From a virus: a stretch of 64,000 bases of DNA. The DNA lies in the IMG/VR virus record IMGVR_UViG_3300020170_000003, positions 2,267 to 66,266 of that record; one strand, written 5' to 3'. Both the position numbers and the translations under genes were made by a program. Positions 30,025 to 40,640 of the stretch are shown piece after piece. Position 1 is the stretch's first letter. Every line of letters begins with the position of its first letter. The notes beneath the pieces are model-generated. The model worked only from the letters and a program-made list of their open reading frames with translations. It did not search any database and was not told the DNA's origin.

Positions 30025-30768
30025 ATGACAAAGTCCAAAAAGCTATTGTGGCGCAGCGGAGTAATCGGTATTGGATTTCTTTGGAGTGCGGTATTGTGGC
30101 ATCAGCAAGTAGTCGTGGACAGGGCGGCTAGAGAAGACCAAGAAAGAATAGTCACAACGGCGGTCTCTCAATCTAACCAACATGCCGACCAGCAGATAGG
30201 AAATGTCAGAGAGGACGTTAAGGGCGTAAAAGGGGATGTGCGAGAAGTGAAGGGCGATTTGGCTACCACAACGCACGATATACGGGATGCGCTAAGTCAA
30301 TCCGGGATCGAAATCGGCCATAGCATTGAAAAGGTCAATAAGCCAGCGCCACCAGAATTGGCCCAACTGGAATTCAGTTTTTTTTCGCCGAACACTACCA
30401 CCTTTCCCTTTAGGACGACATCAATCATTCCGGACAAAGATGGAAATTACCCAGTGGAAGTGTATTTCACCAATATGACAGATGTAACAGCGGAGGAAAT
30501 TGATATTTGGCTGGCGGTCTGTGACGACTGTTCGTTCGTGGCCGAACCTGCTGGATTTGATAGACCAAAAGGAACCAGTGAGCAAATGCGGCATCTCACA
30601 ATTCATGGACTTAATCCTGGAACTTCGTGGGAAAGAATATCGCTGCTGGTGAAATCTCCAATTGTAGTTACGCCCAGTACTTATTTCTCATTGGCCTTTT
30701 TGTATTCCTGTAAAACGTGCGGAAAGAAAAAACCAGCTCAGATAGCGAAAGTATATGGCAGGCCCTAG
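30025..30768 (+). CDS. Membrane-anchored hypothetical protein, probable IS1595 passenger gene
   Basis: N-terminal TM plus coiled coil; converges tail-to-tail (10 nt apart) on the transposase. Confidence 0.5.
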   Translation: MTKSKKLLWRSGVIGIGFLWSAVLWHQQVVVDRAAREDQERIVTTAVSQSNQHADQQIGNVREDVKGVKGDVREVKGDLATTTHDIRDALSQSGIEIGHSIEKVNKPAPPELAQLEFSFFSPNTTTFPFRTTSIIPDKDGNYPVEVYFTNMTDVTAEEIDIWLAVCDDCSFVAEPAGFDRPKGTSEQMRHLTIHGLNPGTSWERISLLVKSPIVVTPSTYFSLAFLYSCKTCGKKKPAQIAKVYGRP

Positions 30769-30778
30769 GGGCTGGCTT

Positions 30779-31246
30779 TTACGCTGCTTTCGTAAGCTCT
30801 TTATATTCGACGTTGTCTGATTCGATCATTTTCAGAAGAGTATCACGGAAAAGAAAAGAGTTTTTACGGTTATTAAAACGGAAGCACATTTCGTCAAGGT
30901 ATGCCGCAAGATGCTTTGCGCTGATCTTGTGCCACGTTCCCATGATGCCGCGTTTGAGCAGATAAAATGCGGACTCAACCGTATTGGTATAGATGTCCCC
31001 TTGCACGTAAACATGCTTAGAGTGATTGATGGTTTTGTGCTTCGCCGCATCCTGTCCAGCGCGTTTCATCGCATTAGGATATGCGCCAAAATCATCGGTT
31101 ACCAGCACGTCCACATCCGCGCTCACGTTTTCTTTAATGTACTTCGCCAGAGTGCCAGACTTGCAATCTTCCGCGTGGAAGAAACGGAGATCGCCGCCGC
31201 GCTGCCGAATGCCAATAACGATTTCTTTGTTGTTTTTTGCGCGTCC
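30779..31246 (-). mobile_element. IS1595-family (ISXO2-like) transposase, 5'-truncated
   Basis: IVIGIRQRGG...VLVTDD.GAY...HKTINHS..YV.GD.YTNTVES...LKRGI.GTWH.IS.KHL..YLDE..FRFNNR; Zn ribbon and first catalytic Asp are missing. Confidence 0.85.
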
Positions 31247-31248
31247 AC

Positions 31249-31650
31249 TTATGGCTGTACCACATCCTTGAGCCAGAAACATGGTTTAAGCTTGTGGCCA
31301 GAGTTAATGGGGCAAACTCAGGTGCACTTTATGTACAAGAGAGAGGAAATATTGCGGGGTACGGGAAGATAAGTTTGCCACCTAACCATACGTGGAAAAG
31401 TTTCTGCAATTTACTTTTGCAAACTCTACCCAAGAAAACGCGAGATCATTACCTGATTCGCTTTAAGAAATTTATTAAGGGTTGGCGAGATAGAGGCTAT
31501 ACGCAGATACCGGACGAAGCCCCACCCGAGCTGGAGGCAAAATGCTGGGCACCGTCCTGGCGAAGGATGTGTAAGGTGCTGCTAAGGTCGGATTGGTGGT
31601 GTCATGGGCTGGGAAGAAGTGCGGCAAGAGAGCTAAAAAGTCAGAGATAA
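31249..31650 (+). pseudogene. C-terminal fragment of a DUF3440 / YbdN(IbrA)-like PAPS-reductase-family gene
   Basis: LWLYHILEPETW.KL.ARV.GANSG..Y...PSWRRMCKVLLRSDWWC.GLG; no start, abuts the IS breakpoint. Confidence 0.75.
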
Positions 31651-31749
31651 ATGGAATAGCTAGAATAAAAACCAATCTCTGCTGGAGACACAGAAAAACA
31701 TTGACTGAGGAATACATTGCTGACATACTTAGTTTAGAAAGTTAGCAAA

Positions 31750-32241
31750 ATGACTAATCCACTCATCGCGATAGACAGCATTTCATTTACGGCGTACGTT
31801 ACGCCCGAGCCGCAGGGTAGCATGAAAGCGTTTATCCCTAAGGGATGGAATCGGGCAATCATTACCAGCGACAACAAGGATTTAAAATCATATCGCCAAG
31901 AGGTATCGAAAGCGGCACTTGAGCAGAGAGCCAAGATTGGTTTTTATGATGTTATGTTTGGCAAACATTCGCCAGTATCGGCGGTTTTCAATTTCTATTT
32001 TGCCAAACCAGATTCGGTTTCAAAGAAAAGAACGCAACATGTAGTTAGACCAGACCTCTCGAAGCTTATCCGGGCTACCGAGGACGCGCTAACGGGAATC
32101 ATCTACACGGATGATGCGCAGATTGTTTCAATCAAGGCAGAAAAGTTCTATGGCTTGCCGGAGAGGGTAGAGGTTACGGTAAGCGGGAAGGTGTCGGAAA
32201 TACCGCAATCTCTTTTTATGACGAGCGAAGATGGATTCTAG
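31750..32241 (+). CDS. rusA: RusA-family Holliday junction resolvase
   Basis: PEPQGS...RPDLSKLIRATEDALTGIIYTDDAQIV. Confidence 0.85.
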   Translation: MTNPLIAIDSISFTAYVTPEPQGSMKAFIPKGWNRAIITSDNKDLKSYRQEVSKAALEQRAKIGFYDVMFGKHSPVSAVFNFYFAKPDSVSKKRTQHVVRPDLSKLIRATEDALTGIIYTDDAQIVSIKAEKFYGLPERVEVTVSGKVSEIPQSLFMTSEDGF

Positions 32242-32491
32242 CCAAGCAAATACGAAAGAAGAAATTATGGAATTTGCGATGCGCGATGAAATATTCGCGG
32301 CTGAATCTATCTCTCTTGAACCATGCAGCCAAAGTCTCACGGTAAGACTGCCAGATAAGTTCAAGCACTTCAACAGTAAATATTTTGCGATTATTCCAGC
32401 ATGGAGCGAAGACATTGATTTAGAAAAGGAATGCTTGCTACTTTGATTTGTGGGTGTAATAATAATTTTGCTAATCAAAGGAGAACAGTGA

Positions 32492-32983
32492 ATGAGACAT
32501 AAAACAAAAGCTACGGCAATGTTTTTGGCAATCGCTTTGCTAGTAGGATGCGCTAAGTTGCATCGCACTCCGAATGCTGATAACACTCCAACCGCGCCTG
32601 TAACGCAACTAGAAAAGGTTAACGTTGACAATGCCCAAATCAGCGTACATAACCATGCCGTAGCCGAAAGCCTTGTTGCAGCTCATCAAAGTGGTTTCAT
32701 TGAAACGGAATACTTCGATAAACTCTCCGCTGGACAAATCAGGATCACGCGTATTCACGAGCAGCTTACTCCGCTGCTAGCTCAACCCGTAGCCGCGAAC
32801 CCTGCCCAAATTAAAGGGCTATTAAAAGAAATTGGCGATATTGGGGCGCAGATGGTGAGCGACGGAACTGCTGGAGTAAAAAATCCAACGGCGCAGCAGC
32901 GTGTTGTGAGTGAGATTCAATCCATTATCACGCTGGCTAATTCAATCGGTTCCACGCTCACGGCTGCTGGAGTGTTGAAGTAG
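32492..32983 (+). CDS. Lipoprotein
   Basis: MRHKTKATAMFLAIALLVGC lipobox; GGAG RBS. Confidence 0.65.
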   Translation: MRHKTKATAMFLAIALLVGCAKLHRTPNADNTPTAPVTQLEKVNVDNAQISVHNHAVAESLVAAHQSGFIETEYFDKLSAGQIRITRIHEQLTPLLAQPVAANPAQIKGLLKEIGDIGAQMVSDGTAGVKNPTAQQRVVSEIQSIITLANSIGSTLTAAGVLK

Positions 32984-33027
32984 TTAAGACTCAAGCGGTA
33001 ATTCATTAAGCGAAAAAGGAGCAATAA

Positions 33028-34169
33028 ATGAGCTGGAGTTTATCGGCAGTCGGCAAACCGTCACCTGTAGCCACCAAACTGGCAAAAGAGTTTGCCAAGA
33101 ATACATACCTTGGCAAAGAGGAATCCGAACTTAAGGACATGGCAGCGGAATTAGTAGCTAAAACCTTGGCAGCGACTACCCGTAAAGACATAGCCTTGCA
33201 AGTAGATTGCAGTGGTAGTGGTTCTACGCATCCAGTAGACGGCAATCTGCAAACTGTGTCCGTGGTTATAAGGCAAATATACGGATTTGTCGAGTAAGGA
33301 TTCCAAAAATTAAGGAGAAATATATGGCATCTCTCTCAAGCGATACAGCATTAAAACTTGCAGCACTTCTATCCGCCCTTACCGCTATCGGAGTAGAAGA
33401 CTTGGCTGCCATCAGGTCACTTGATACTCTAGGCCCTGTAGTGGCCGATAATGTTGCAAGCCTTCAGGCTACGGCGCAGCAGCTTGACAAATCCACGATT
33501 GACGCATTGAATGCCGAGCGTGTAGCGGCGGGACTACCGGCACTCTAATGCATAGCGTTCAACTCATTGCCGCAATAACTCTTAATGCTGTAACCGCTGG
33601 CAAGATATTAGGCGAAGTATCAGCAGTCTATGCGGTACTGCAAGGACTAAAGAAAGCTTTCCCCGCACTGGCAGGGCGATGGATGATTGTATTAAATATT
33701 GCTCTGTCGTTGTGTGGGGCTGCTACGATCATCCCGCCTGATAGTTTATTTTCAACGGGAACGCTTGTCATAGTATTACTAGCTGGTATTCAGGCCGCTG
33801 GGTCTGCTGGAATACATGGAACTGTGCAGAACGTAGCTCCAGTGGCTTTGCAAGCGGTATTAGGTCAAGCTCCAAAGGCTGATGCGACATTGCCATCGGA
33901 TAGGACAGCGGTAAAATAAAATGTCAAGAGAGACAAAGCATCTGGAATTTGTAGCACTCGAAAGGATACGCAGAATCATGGTCGAATTCGAAGCTCTCCA
34001 AGCCGCCGTCCCAAAGTTAATCCAAGCCTATAGAGACGAAGTAGCCAAAAACGCAGACCTGACAAAACAGCTCGGGAACCCGCCGCCACCTGACCCGGCT
34101 CCGGCAGATGTGGCCGCATTGACAACTGAAATCACTGATGTATTGAATCCGCCTGCTCCTACGACGTAA
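33028..34169 (+). other. Four small CDS (33028..33297, 33324..33548, 33548..33919 multi-TM, 33921..34169 coiled coil with Pro-rich tail)
   Basis: Tight coupling; 33548 ORF has 2-3 hydrophobic segments (holin-like). Confidence 0.5.
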
Positions 34170-34192
34170 ATCCTTCCCAAAATCCATCTACG

Positions 34193-34230
34193 AGGGCCAG
34201 AATGTAATCAGTTTCTGGCCCTTTCTTTTG
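34193..34230 (+). terminator. Rho-independent terminator
   Basis: AGGGCCAGAA / TTCTGGCCCT 10-bp stem followed by TTCTTTT. Confidence 0.8.
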
Positions 34231-34244
34231 CCATAAAATAATGC

Positions 34245-34273
34245 TTGACATAGGTTATCAAAATAACTAATAT
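34245..34273 (+). promoter_or_regulatory. Sigma70-like promoter with perfect operator in spacer
   Basis: TTGACA-17-TAATAT; GTTATCAAAATAAC at 34254-34267. Confidence 0.8.
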
Positions 34274-34282
34274 TATATCCAA

Positions 34283-35352
34283 ATGTTAAGGATTGGAGTG
34301 GCTATGGAAACCCAAACGTGTACACGCGATGAATTAAAAAAGGCATGTCAGGATGCATCTAAAGAACCAGAAAATGCCGTGCGTCTGTTGAATGGCTGGT
34401 TTGTAGTTGCACGGAAGATTTACCCGCAACCTGCTCGCGTCGGCCCTGCATGGACAATGCATTATTACCTCTATTCTCCTACCGGAAAGAGTTTCGGTGG
34501 AATGACTAACGTGCAGTCATTCGCCAGTCACTTCAGTAATCTTTATGGATGGCAATGGCTAGACGATTATAGGGCAAATGGATTCGTAGCCGCATCCGAT
34601 AAAATTGAATGCGTAGTGACCTATTTTGAGCGCGGAAGATATAAGGGATTCGGTAAATAAGTCCGCGCCAAAATCTAGTGACATAATGGAGTTCCATGTG
34701 AGTGAAATAAAAACATTTCTCGATCTTGATATGTGGGGCGAACCACGACGCTACACTCCCCGCCCGATTGACAAAGAAAGCGAAGGCGAAGAGATTGATG
34801 CACTAAGCAGTGACACAATGAACGGGAACGAACTGGACAGGGCGCATGGAGGTAAACAGTGAGCGCATTACTTTCGATTATTTTTATGGCTGCAATGACA
34901 CCTTGGCGGGCGTTTGTGCTATTTAAGATTTGGTTCTGGTTTCTGGTTCCAGTATGGCCAATGTTGGCCGCTCCAAAGTGGAACATTTACGGGATTGGAA
35001 TTATTGTTGGCTGGCTAACGATGAACGGGAAGCGCGACAAAGAAAAAACTCAGGCAGATGATTGGGGCTACTATGCGACAGCCTCTTTTTTGTCGCCAGC
35101 AATTATTCTGTTTATTGCTTGGGTAATAAAAGCGATTTGCCTATGAAAGCCAAGCTTATTCCGATGCCATGTCGAGAAGATTGCTATGAAGCATGGTTTC
35201 AGGAATATCGTGAGCGTAGGAAATATGAGCGCATTCTTGAAGCCGAAGAGAATCGTATGAAATGGCAGTCAATCCGTAATGGAGTATTGATATCGGGAAT
35301 CATATTCCTTATTGGCTTTGGGATGTACTGGATTGTGAGATTAGAGATGTAG
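34283..35352 (+). other. Small hypothetical CDS (34283..34660, 34626..34862, 34859..35146 membrane, ~35143..35352 C-terminal TM)
   Basis: Coupled ORFs downstream of the promoter. Confidence 0.45.
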
Positions 35353-35513
35353 GATAAAGTATTACAGTTAAAGAGTTAATGGACAAACTTAAGTCAATGC
35401 CGAAGGATTCCAATGTTCTATTGGAGTGCTCCAATTGTGGCTATCGCACAGATTCAGGCGATGCTTAAGATTACGTTAAGTCATTCCAGGATGGCTCGAT
35501 AACAATCTCTTAA

Positions 35514-35566
35514 AGTCTCACCGTAATACTATTTTGTTTGCCATAGTTTGATAACCAAACTACAAT
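35514..35566 (+). promoter_or_regulatory. Promoter of the HTH regulator carrying both operator types
   Basis: 17-bp dyad 35514-35530; TTGCCA(35538)-17-TACAAT(35561); TTTGATAACC half-operator in spacer. Confidence 0.65.
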
Positions 35567-35573
35567 AATCAAT

Positions 35574-35849
35574 ATGGTAAACAAGGCAGTAGCGGCGACA
35601 AAGACAAAGCGGCCACCTGGAAGGCCAAGAGAATCCTTCAGGGACAATACGGCCAAGGCTCAAGCTTTTGGTTTTAAATTGCGCCGGTACAGGGCCGAAA
35701 AGAGACTGACGCAGCAGCAAATGGGGAAGTTGATGCGGATCAATGGCGATGCAATTCCAAGCAAGATTGTAATAGCGCGGTGGGAAGCTGGGAAGCATGC
35801 TCCGCAGAGGCGATACGTAGAGCGATTGGATCATTTGATTAACGCCTAG
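35574..35849 (+). CDS. XRE/Cro-type HTH transcriptional regulator
   Basis: LRRYRAEKRLTQQQMGKLM...IARWEAGKHAP. Confidence 0.8.
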   Translation: MVNKAVAATKTKRPPGRPRESFRDNTAKAQAFGFKLRRYRAEKRLTQQQMGKLMRINGDAIPSKIVIARWEAGKHAPQRRYVERLDHLINA

Positions 35850-35895
35850 GATGGCCAGCGAGCCTATAAACAAAACGCAAGAGGAAAATAAATAA

Positions 35896-36402
35896 ATGAA
35901 ATGCTTTAATGGTAAACGTCAAGATGTCCACTTCGAGAAAGTCCAGCTCAAGCGTCTAAAAACCAAAACAGTTGAGCGCACAGCCACACTATTCTTTCGG
36001 CTAAAACTCACCCAAGCCAATATCAAATCCGCGCCTAAGTTCATTCAGGAAGCCTATGCTTCAATCAAGAATGTAGCGGCGTCCATCGAAAAGAGCACCT
36101 TACTGCAAGAGATTGAAGAGCAGGACATAGATATTTTCTATCTACCTGAAGATGCTACGGCCAATCTCAGGATTCAATCGGTAGACATTGCCAAGATCGT
36201 GCTGGAGCGCGGGGAGAATGCGGATATTTTCATGCTGTTTCGCGTGGTAGTACCGATGGACAAAGTAATCGGGGAGTTCTGTGTAGCGGAGTTTGGTACG
36301 GATAAATGGCTGGAATTTTCCGAGACGCAAGCCGAATTATTTGAAGAGGAAAACACAGAAAAACCAGTAAAGTCTCGCAGTAAGACTGCCAACGTAAATT
36401 AG
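35896..36402 (+). CDS. Hypothetical protein
   Basis: Clean ORF with AGAGG RBS. Confidence 0.5.
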   Translation: MKCFNGKRQDVHFEKVQLKRLKTKTVERTATLFFRLKLTQANIKSAPKFIQEAYASIKNVAASIEKSTLLQEIEEQDIDIFYLPEDATANLRIQSVDIAKIVLERGENADIFMLFRVVVPMDKVIGEFCVAEFGTDKWLEFSETQAELFEEENTEKPVKSRSKTANVN

Positions 36403-36532
36403 TTATGGCTGACATGTGTTCTGGATGTGGCAAACACCCTGCTTTAACGAAGCTTTCAGGCCGAAGAGTAAACAGGCAAGCGCCACGATCTTTGTCAAAG
36501 ATGTTTCAGGAGTGGGAACGATAGCAGACGAA

Positions 36533-37099
36533 ATGAAGCCACGAAAACCGCTCAAGAAAATATCGGACAAACGGCTGAAGATGTTGAAAGAAGCGAATGG
36601 GAATATTTTCTCTTTGCAGCACAATAGTACGATTAGGAGGAAGCTATGCAATGCGCAGAGTGCGGAACAGAAATTACTAGTTCCGACATATACCCAAACG
36701 CCTACGGCTTCGCATTCTGTGAATCTACATCGGTTCCGATTGAACAAGAAGCATGCGAAGACAAATTTGAGCGCAAACGTTGGCAAGCAGCGCAAACCCG
36801 TAAACAAACAGAGCACAAAACAGAAAGCAAGACTCCAGAAGCTAGCGGCAACAAGACAGAGATGGTGGGACGAAGCGCAAGCTAGTGGCAAACCCCTTAA
36901 CTGTGGAATATGCGACGAAGAAATTAGGATGCAAGAAGAGTTGGCGAGTGATCACATCGAACCCGGAAACGGAAAGTCTGACAGTGAGACTAATTTACAG
37001 CCAACTCACGGCATTTGTAACGTAATAAAAGGGTCGAAAAGGAATTTTAAGATTGTGTGCGGGGACAGGAATTGGCGGTTGATTCACGGGTTGTTATGA
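36533..37099 (+). CDS. HNH endonuclease (NinG-like basic N-terminus)
   Basis: CGIC...DHIEP...NLQPTHGICNVIKG. Confidence 0.7.
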   Translation: MKPRKPLKKISDKRLKMLKEANGNIFSLQHNSTIRRKLCNAQSAEQKLLVPTYTQTPTASHSVNLHRFRLNKKHAKTNLSANVGKQRKPVNKQSTKQKARLQKLAATRQRWWDEAQASGKPLNCGICDEEIRMQEELASDHIEPGNGKSDSETNLQPTHGICNVIKGSKRNFKIVCGDRNWRLIHGLL

Positions 37100-37951
37100 G
37101 CGAACAGACTTCATATCGTTGCGATATATGTAATATCGAAAAACAGCAAAGCAATCATTGGCTGAAGGGGTATCTGCTCTATGCGGAATCTGCTGTTTCA
37201 AGCGGAATAATTATAGTTCCATGGTTAAGTGATGATGTAGCGATGACAGATGAAGGGCAGGTAAGACTAAGGCTATTAAAACCAGGCGCGCATCTATGCG
37301 GTGAGGCCCATGCAATCAAGTGGGCAAGTAAGAATCTGGCGAAGGGGAAATATGAGCACTAATTTAATAAGCATGGAAATGAAACAACTTCCACGTATCA
37401 ACAAGCTGGTATCAACGATAAAGGGTAAGACGATCCAGCAATGTGAAGTAATCGATTTCAATCCAAAATGGATGCTTGCTATAACCTCAGATAGTTCACG
37501 CTACTGGATACATCCTGATTCCGGCAAAGTGCTAGTGATTGTGGAGAAATAATTGAGCCTAGAAAAACAAGTCCGACTTGCTATTGAAGAGCTGAAAGCC
37601 AAGACTGGATATCCTGCTCACTTCATTAACGCTCCTCATATCAGAGCAATTGGCGACAAGCTGGAAATGGCTTTAGGCGAAAATCAATCCGCAAACTTGC
37701 GCGATGATGTGTTAATGTTTGCCCAGAAAATGTCAGCAGTAATGGACGTGAAAGAACAGGACAAGGGAAGTGTAGAGCAACTGCCAATATCCGAGCCGCT
37801 AATGAAATTGGATTATCATGTAAACAGGCTGAAGGAATTTGGGGCATTTAATAATCCGGAAGAGTTAAGAAAAACGCTTATCCACATCGCAAACTTTGCA
37901 ATGATCGCAGAGGAGAAAATAGAACACACAGCAATTAAAGTTTCACCGTAA
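37096..37951 (+). other. Three small hypothetical CDS (~37096..37362, ~37352..37552, 37553..37951)
   Basis: Overlapping start/stop junctions; first has CxxC...HLC. Confidence 0.45.
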
Positions 37952-38015
37952 TACTTGAGTTAACGAAACAATCAAGCTACCATGGAAACGTCAAAGGCAA
38001 TAACCGGAAACCTCA

Positions 38016-38471
38016 ATGGCTGATACTCACGCAATACTAAAAATCCAAAAGGTGTCATTCCCTAAAAAGAAGAAGCCACGAGGTAAAGGTAAGCCTTTTG
38101 AGAAAGGGAATCAGCATGCGATCACTAAAGGTGAAAAGAGAAATCCCAAAGGATTAAATCAGTGGGGTAATGGAGCAACGCTAATCAGCGAAGCCTCTAG
38201 ACAGCATTTAGTAAGAAAAGTTCCAAAGCATATAGCAAAAGCTCTTGGGTGCGCAGAGGGCATTACATTCGCAGAGGCTCTAGCTATCAGCGCAAGTCTA
38301 CACGGCATTAATGGTAATATCGCAGCAGCCAAGGAATTGCGCGAGATCACAGAAGGTAAGACGCCGGAAACGATATATCTCTCAGGCGGGAAAGATAAAG
38401 ACGGAGAAACGCTTCCGGTAGCTACGACCACAACGCTTAACATCATGTTTGTTGATCCACCAAAGAAGTAA
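38016..38471 (+). CDS. terS: Terminase small subunit
   Basis: GKPFEKGNQ...RNPKG motif, helical core, upstream of TerL. Confidence 0.65.
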   Translation: MADTHAILKIQKVSFPKKKKPRGKGKPFEKGNQHAITKGEKRNPKGLNQWGNGATLISEASRQHLVRKVPKHIAKALGCAEGITFAEALAISASLHGINGNIAAAKELREITEGKTPETIYLSGGKDKDGETLPVATTTTLNIMFVDPPKK

Positions 38472-38694
38472 GGTCTATAGAAAATGGAAACTATTAGCGT
38501 TACTAGTTGTCCGACTTGTGGTGCGCTGGCGCAATCTCTCCCGGACAATAAATGGAGAAGCGTGGAACATGTCCATACTGTATATGATTTTATTAGAATG
38601 TTGTACAGCATGGAATTCAATAAATCATCAGAAGATTTAAGTATTCCGGAAGTCATGAATAGTCTTATGGATAAGGCAGAAAATAAAAAGGTAA

Positions 38695-40020
38695 GTGTCC
38701 TTTCCTAGTATTCAGTTCCCCCGCAAAGCTCAGATACTTTTTAGGCCCGCCCGATACAAGGTGCTCTATTCGGGGCGAGGGGCTGCGAAGAGCTGGTCAG
38801 TAGCTAGAGCGTTATTACTGAAGGCTCACACGACGCAGAGGGATAAAGACGGACTCCCATTCCGTATACTCTGTGCTAGAGAAATACAGACATCGATCAA
38901 GGATTCAGTCCATGCATTACTTAAGGCGCAAATCGTAAAACTTGGGCTAGCCAACCATTTCAAGATCACAGATATATCCATCGTGAGCCGCGTAACGGGC
39001 GCGGAGTTCATCTTCAAAGGGTTGCGTTCAAACATTAACGAAGTAAAGTCGATGGAAGACATCGATATATGTTGGGTGGAAGAAGCGCAGAGTGTAAGCA
39101 AGGCATCGTGGGACGTGCTAGGGCCGACGATCAGGAAACCAGGAAGCGAGATTTGGATAACGTTTAATCCAGACGAAGAGAAAGACGATACCTTCCAGAG
39201 GTTCATAGTCCATCCTTCAGGCGATATCGCATCGGTAAAAATGTATTGGTGGGAAAATCCATGGTTTACCGATGAGCTGGAAAAAGAGAGGATGGCGCTC
39301 AAGAAAAAGGCGGACGAAAATCCAGAACTATACGCAGCGGACTATGCGCACATATGGGAGGGAGACTGCAAGCAATTTTCGGATGCTGTGATATTCAAGG
39401 GCCGTTACGACATACTTAGTTTCGACTGGAAACAGGTATTAGCGGAACGCGGAATAGACGAAGGGAACCAGAGATGGTTCCATGGAAACGACTTCGGATT
39501 TGCCAACGATCCAAATTACCTTGGAAGATCTTTTGTCACTGAAGGCATTGACAGAATAACCGGAGCAAAAGAAGAAGAACTTTGGGTGGAAGGAGAGGTC
39601 TTTGGATACGGAGTGGAAATCGACAATCTGCCTGATTTGTTTGACGGTAAAGTGCCGAACAAAAAAGGGATGGACACGGCGCGAACGTGGCCAATAAAGG
39701 CGGACTGCGCCAGGCCGGAAATAATCAGCTACCTGGCGAGGCAAGGATTCAATATTACGGCGGCGGACAAATGGCCCGGAAGCGTAGAGGATGGAATCGC
39801 GCACCTCAAGATGTTCAAGAAGATTCATTTGCATAGGGAGAATACGCCGCTTGCCCAAACGCAAATGAGGCTCTATTCGTACAAGGTGGACAAGAATGGA
39901 GACATCTTGCCGATCATTCTCGACAAGCATAACGATTACATCGACCAACAACGTTATGCCCTAGACGGCTTTATCCAGCGTAGGGGAACGGGCGCAATAT
40001 GGGCCAAATTGGGGCAGTAA
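38695..40020 (+). CDS. terL: Terminase large subunit, PBSX family
   Basis: RYKVLYSGRGAAKS, ILCAREIQTSIKDSV, FKGL, WVEEAQ, TIRKPGSEIW.TFNP, DFGF..DP, HYID..RYAL-like end. Confidence 0.95.
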   Translation: MSFPSIQFPRKAQILFRPARYKVLYSGRGAAKSWSVARALLLKAHTTQRDKDGLPFRILCAREIQTSIKDSVHALLKAQIVKLGLANHFKITDISIVSRVTGAEFIFKGLRSNINEVKSMEDIDICWVEEAQSVSKASWDVLGPTIRKPGSEIWITFNPDEEKDDTFQRFIVHPSGDIASVKMYWWENPWFTDELEKERMALKKKADENPELYAADYAHIWEGDCKQFSDAVIFKGRYDILSFDWKQVLAERGIDEGNQRWFHGNDFGFANDPNYLGRSFVTEGIDRITGAKEEELWVEGEVFGYGVEIDNLPDLFDGKVPNKKGMDTARTWPIKADCARPEIISYLARQGFNITAADKWPGSVEDGIAHLKMFKKIHLHRENTPLAQTQMRLYSYKVDKNGDILPIILDKHNDYIDQQRYALDGFIQRRGTGAIWAKLGQ

Positions 40021-40028
40021 AATAACTC

Positions 40029-40057
40029 TTGACAGCGGTTATCAAAATAATTATAGT
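40029..40057 (+). promoter_or_regulatory. Sigma70-like promoter with operator, driving morons between terL and portal
   Basis: TTGACA-17-TATAGT; GTTATCAAAATAAT at 40038-40051. Confidence 0.8.
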
Positions 40058-40082
40058 GTGTGTAGATTTTAAGGAGGGTAAT

Positions 40083-40307
40083 ATGACAAATATAACCAAT
40101 TGGAATGATTACGCGGCCAAATTCAAGAAATGTTTTGTTCGTAAAGAAGTTTCAGTTATTCAGGCTACTCGACATGAATCCAGCCGAGAAATAGAGCAAT
40201 GGGTTGTTTTTGTTCCTTCGCCTGCTGTTGTTGGCACAGTATCCTGTAAGGATATCGATCAAGCTCGTTCTGTTGCGGCGCAGTACGGATGTACGATAAT
40301 TCTTTAA
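40083..40307 (+). CDS. Hypothetical moron
   Basis: AAGGAGG RBS, ATG 40083. Confidence 0.5.
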   Translation: MTNITNWNDYAAKFKKCFVRKEVSVIQATRHESSREIEQWVVFVPSPAVVGTVSCKDIDQARSVAAQYGCTIIL

Positions 40308-40640
40308 ATTGGAGGTATAAATAACCATGACACGTTCTGAAGCTGAAACCAAAGTTGCTACCTGGGCAAGACTTGGCAAGTTAAATCCTGATCACAAAAC
40401 CTGTCCATTGTCAGCCAACCAAAAGTCTTACCGTGAGACAATTGGCGAATGCGGTCGTAATGTTCCGCAGTACTCCGATCCAGCGCGATAAATAATATGA
40501 GTATTTGTCCACTATGTAACAAGACAACAGAAGGCATCGGCAAATGGTTAATCTGTACCCTTTGCTATCTGACGCCAGCACATCTGATTGCTCGTTCAGA
40601 ATCTCTTCTTGGCATCGTAAGAAGTTGGATTCAGTGAATC

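Noticed and set aside
30717-31372. Plus-strand ORFs 30717..30965 and 30911..31372
   Set aside because: Antisense to the IS1595 transposase fragment; no independent evidence
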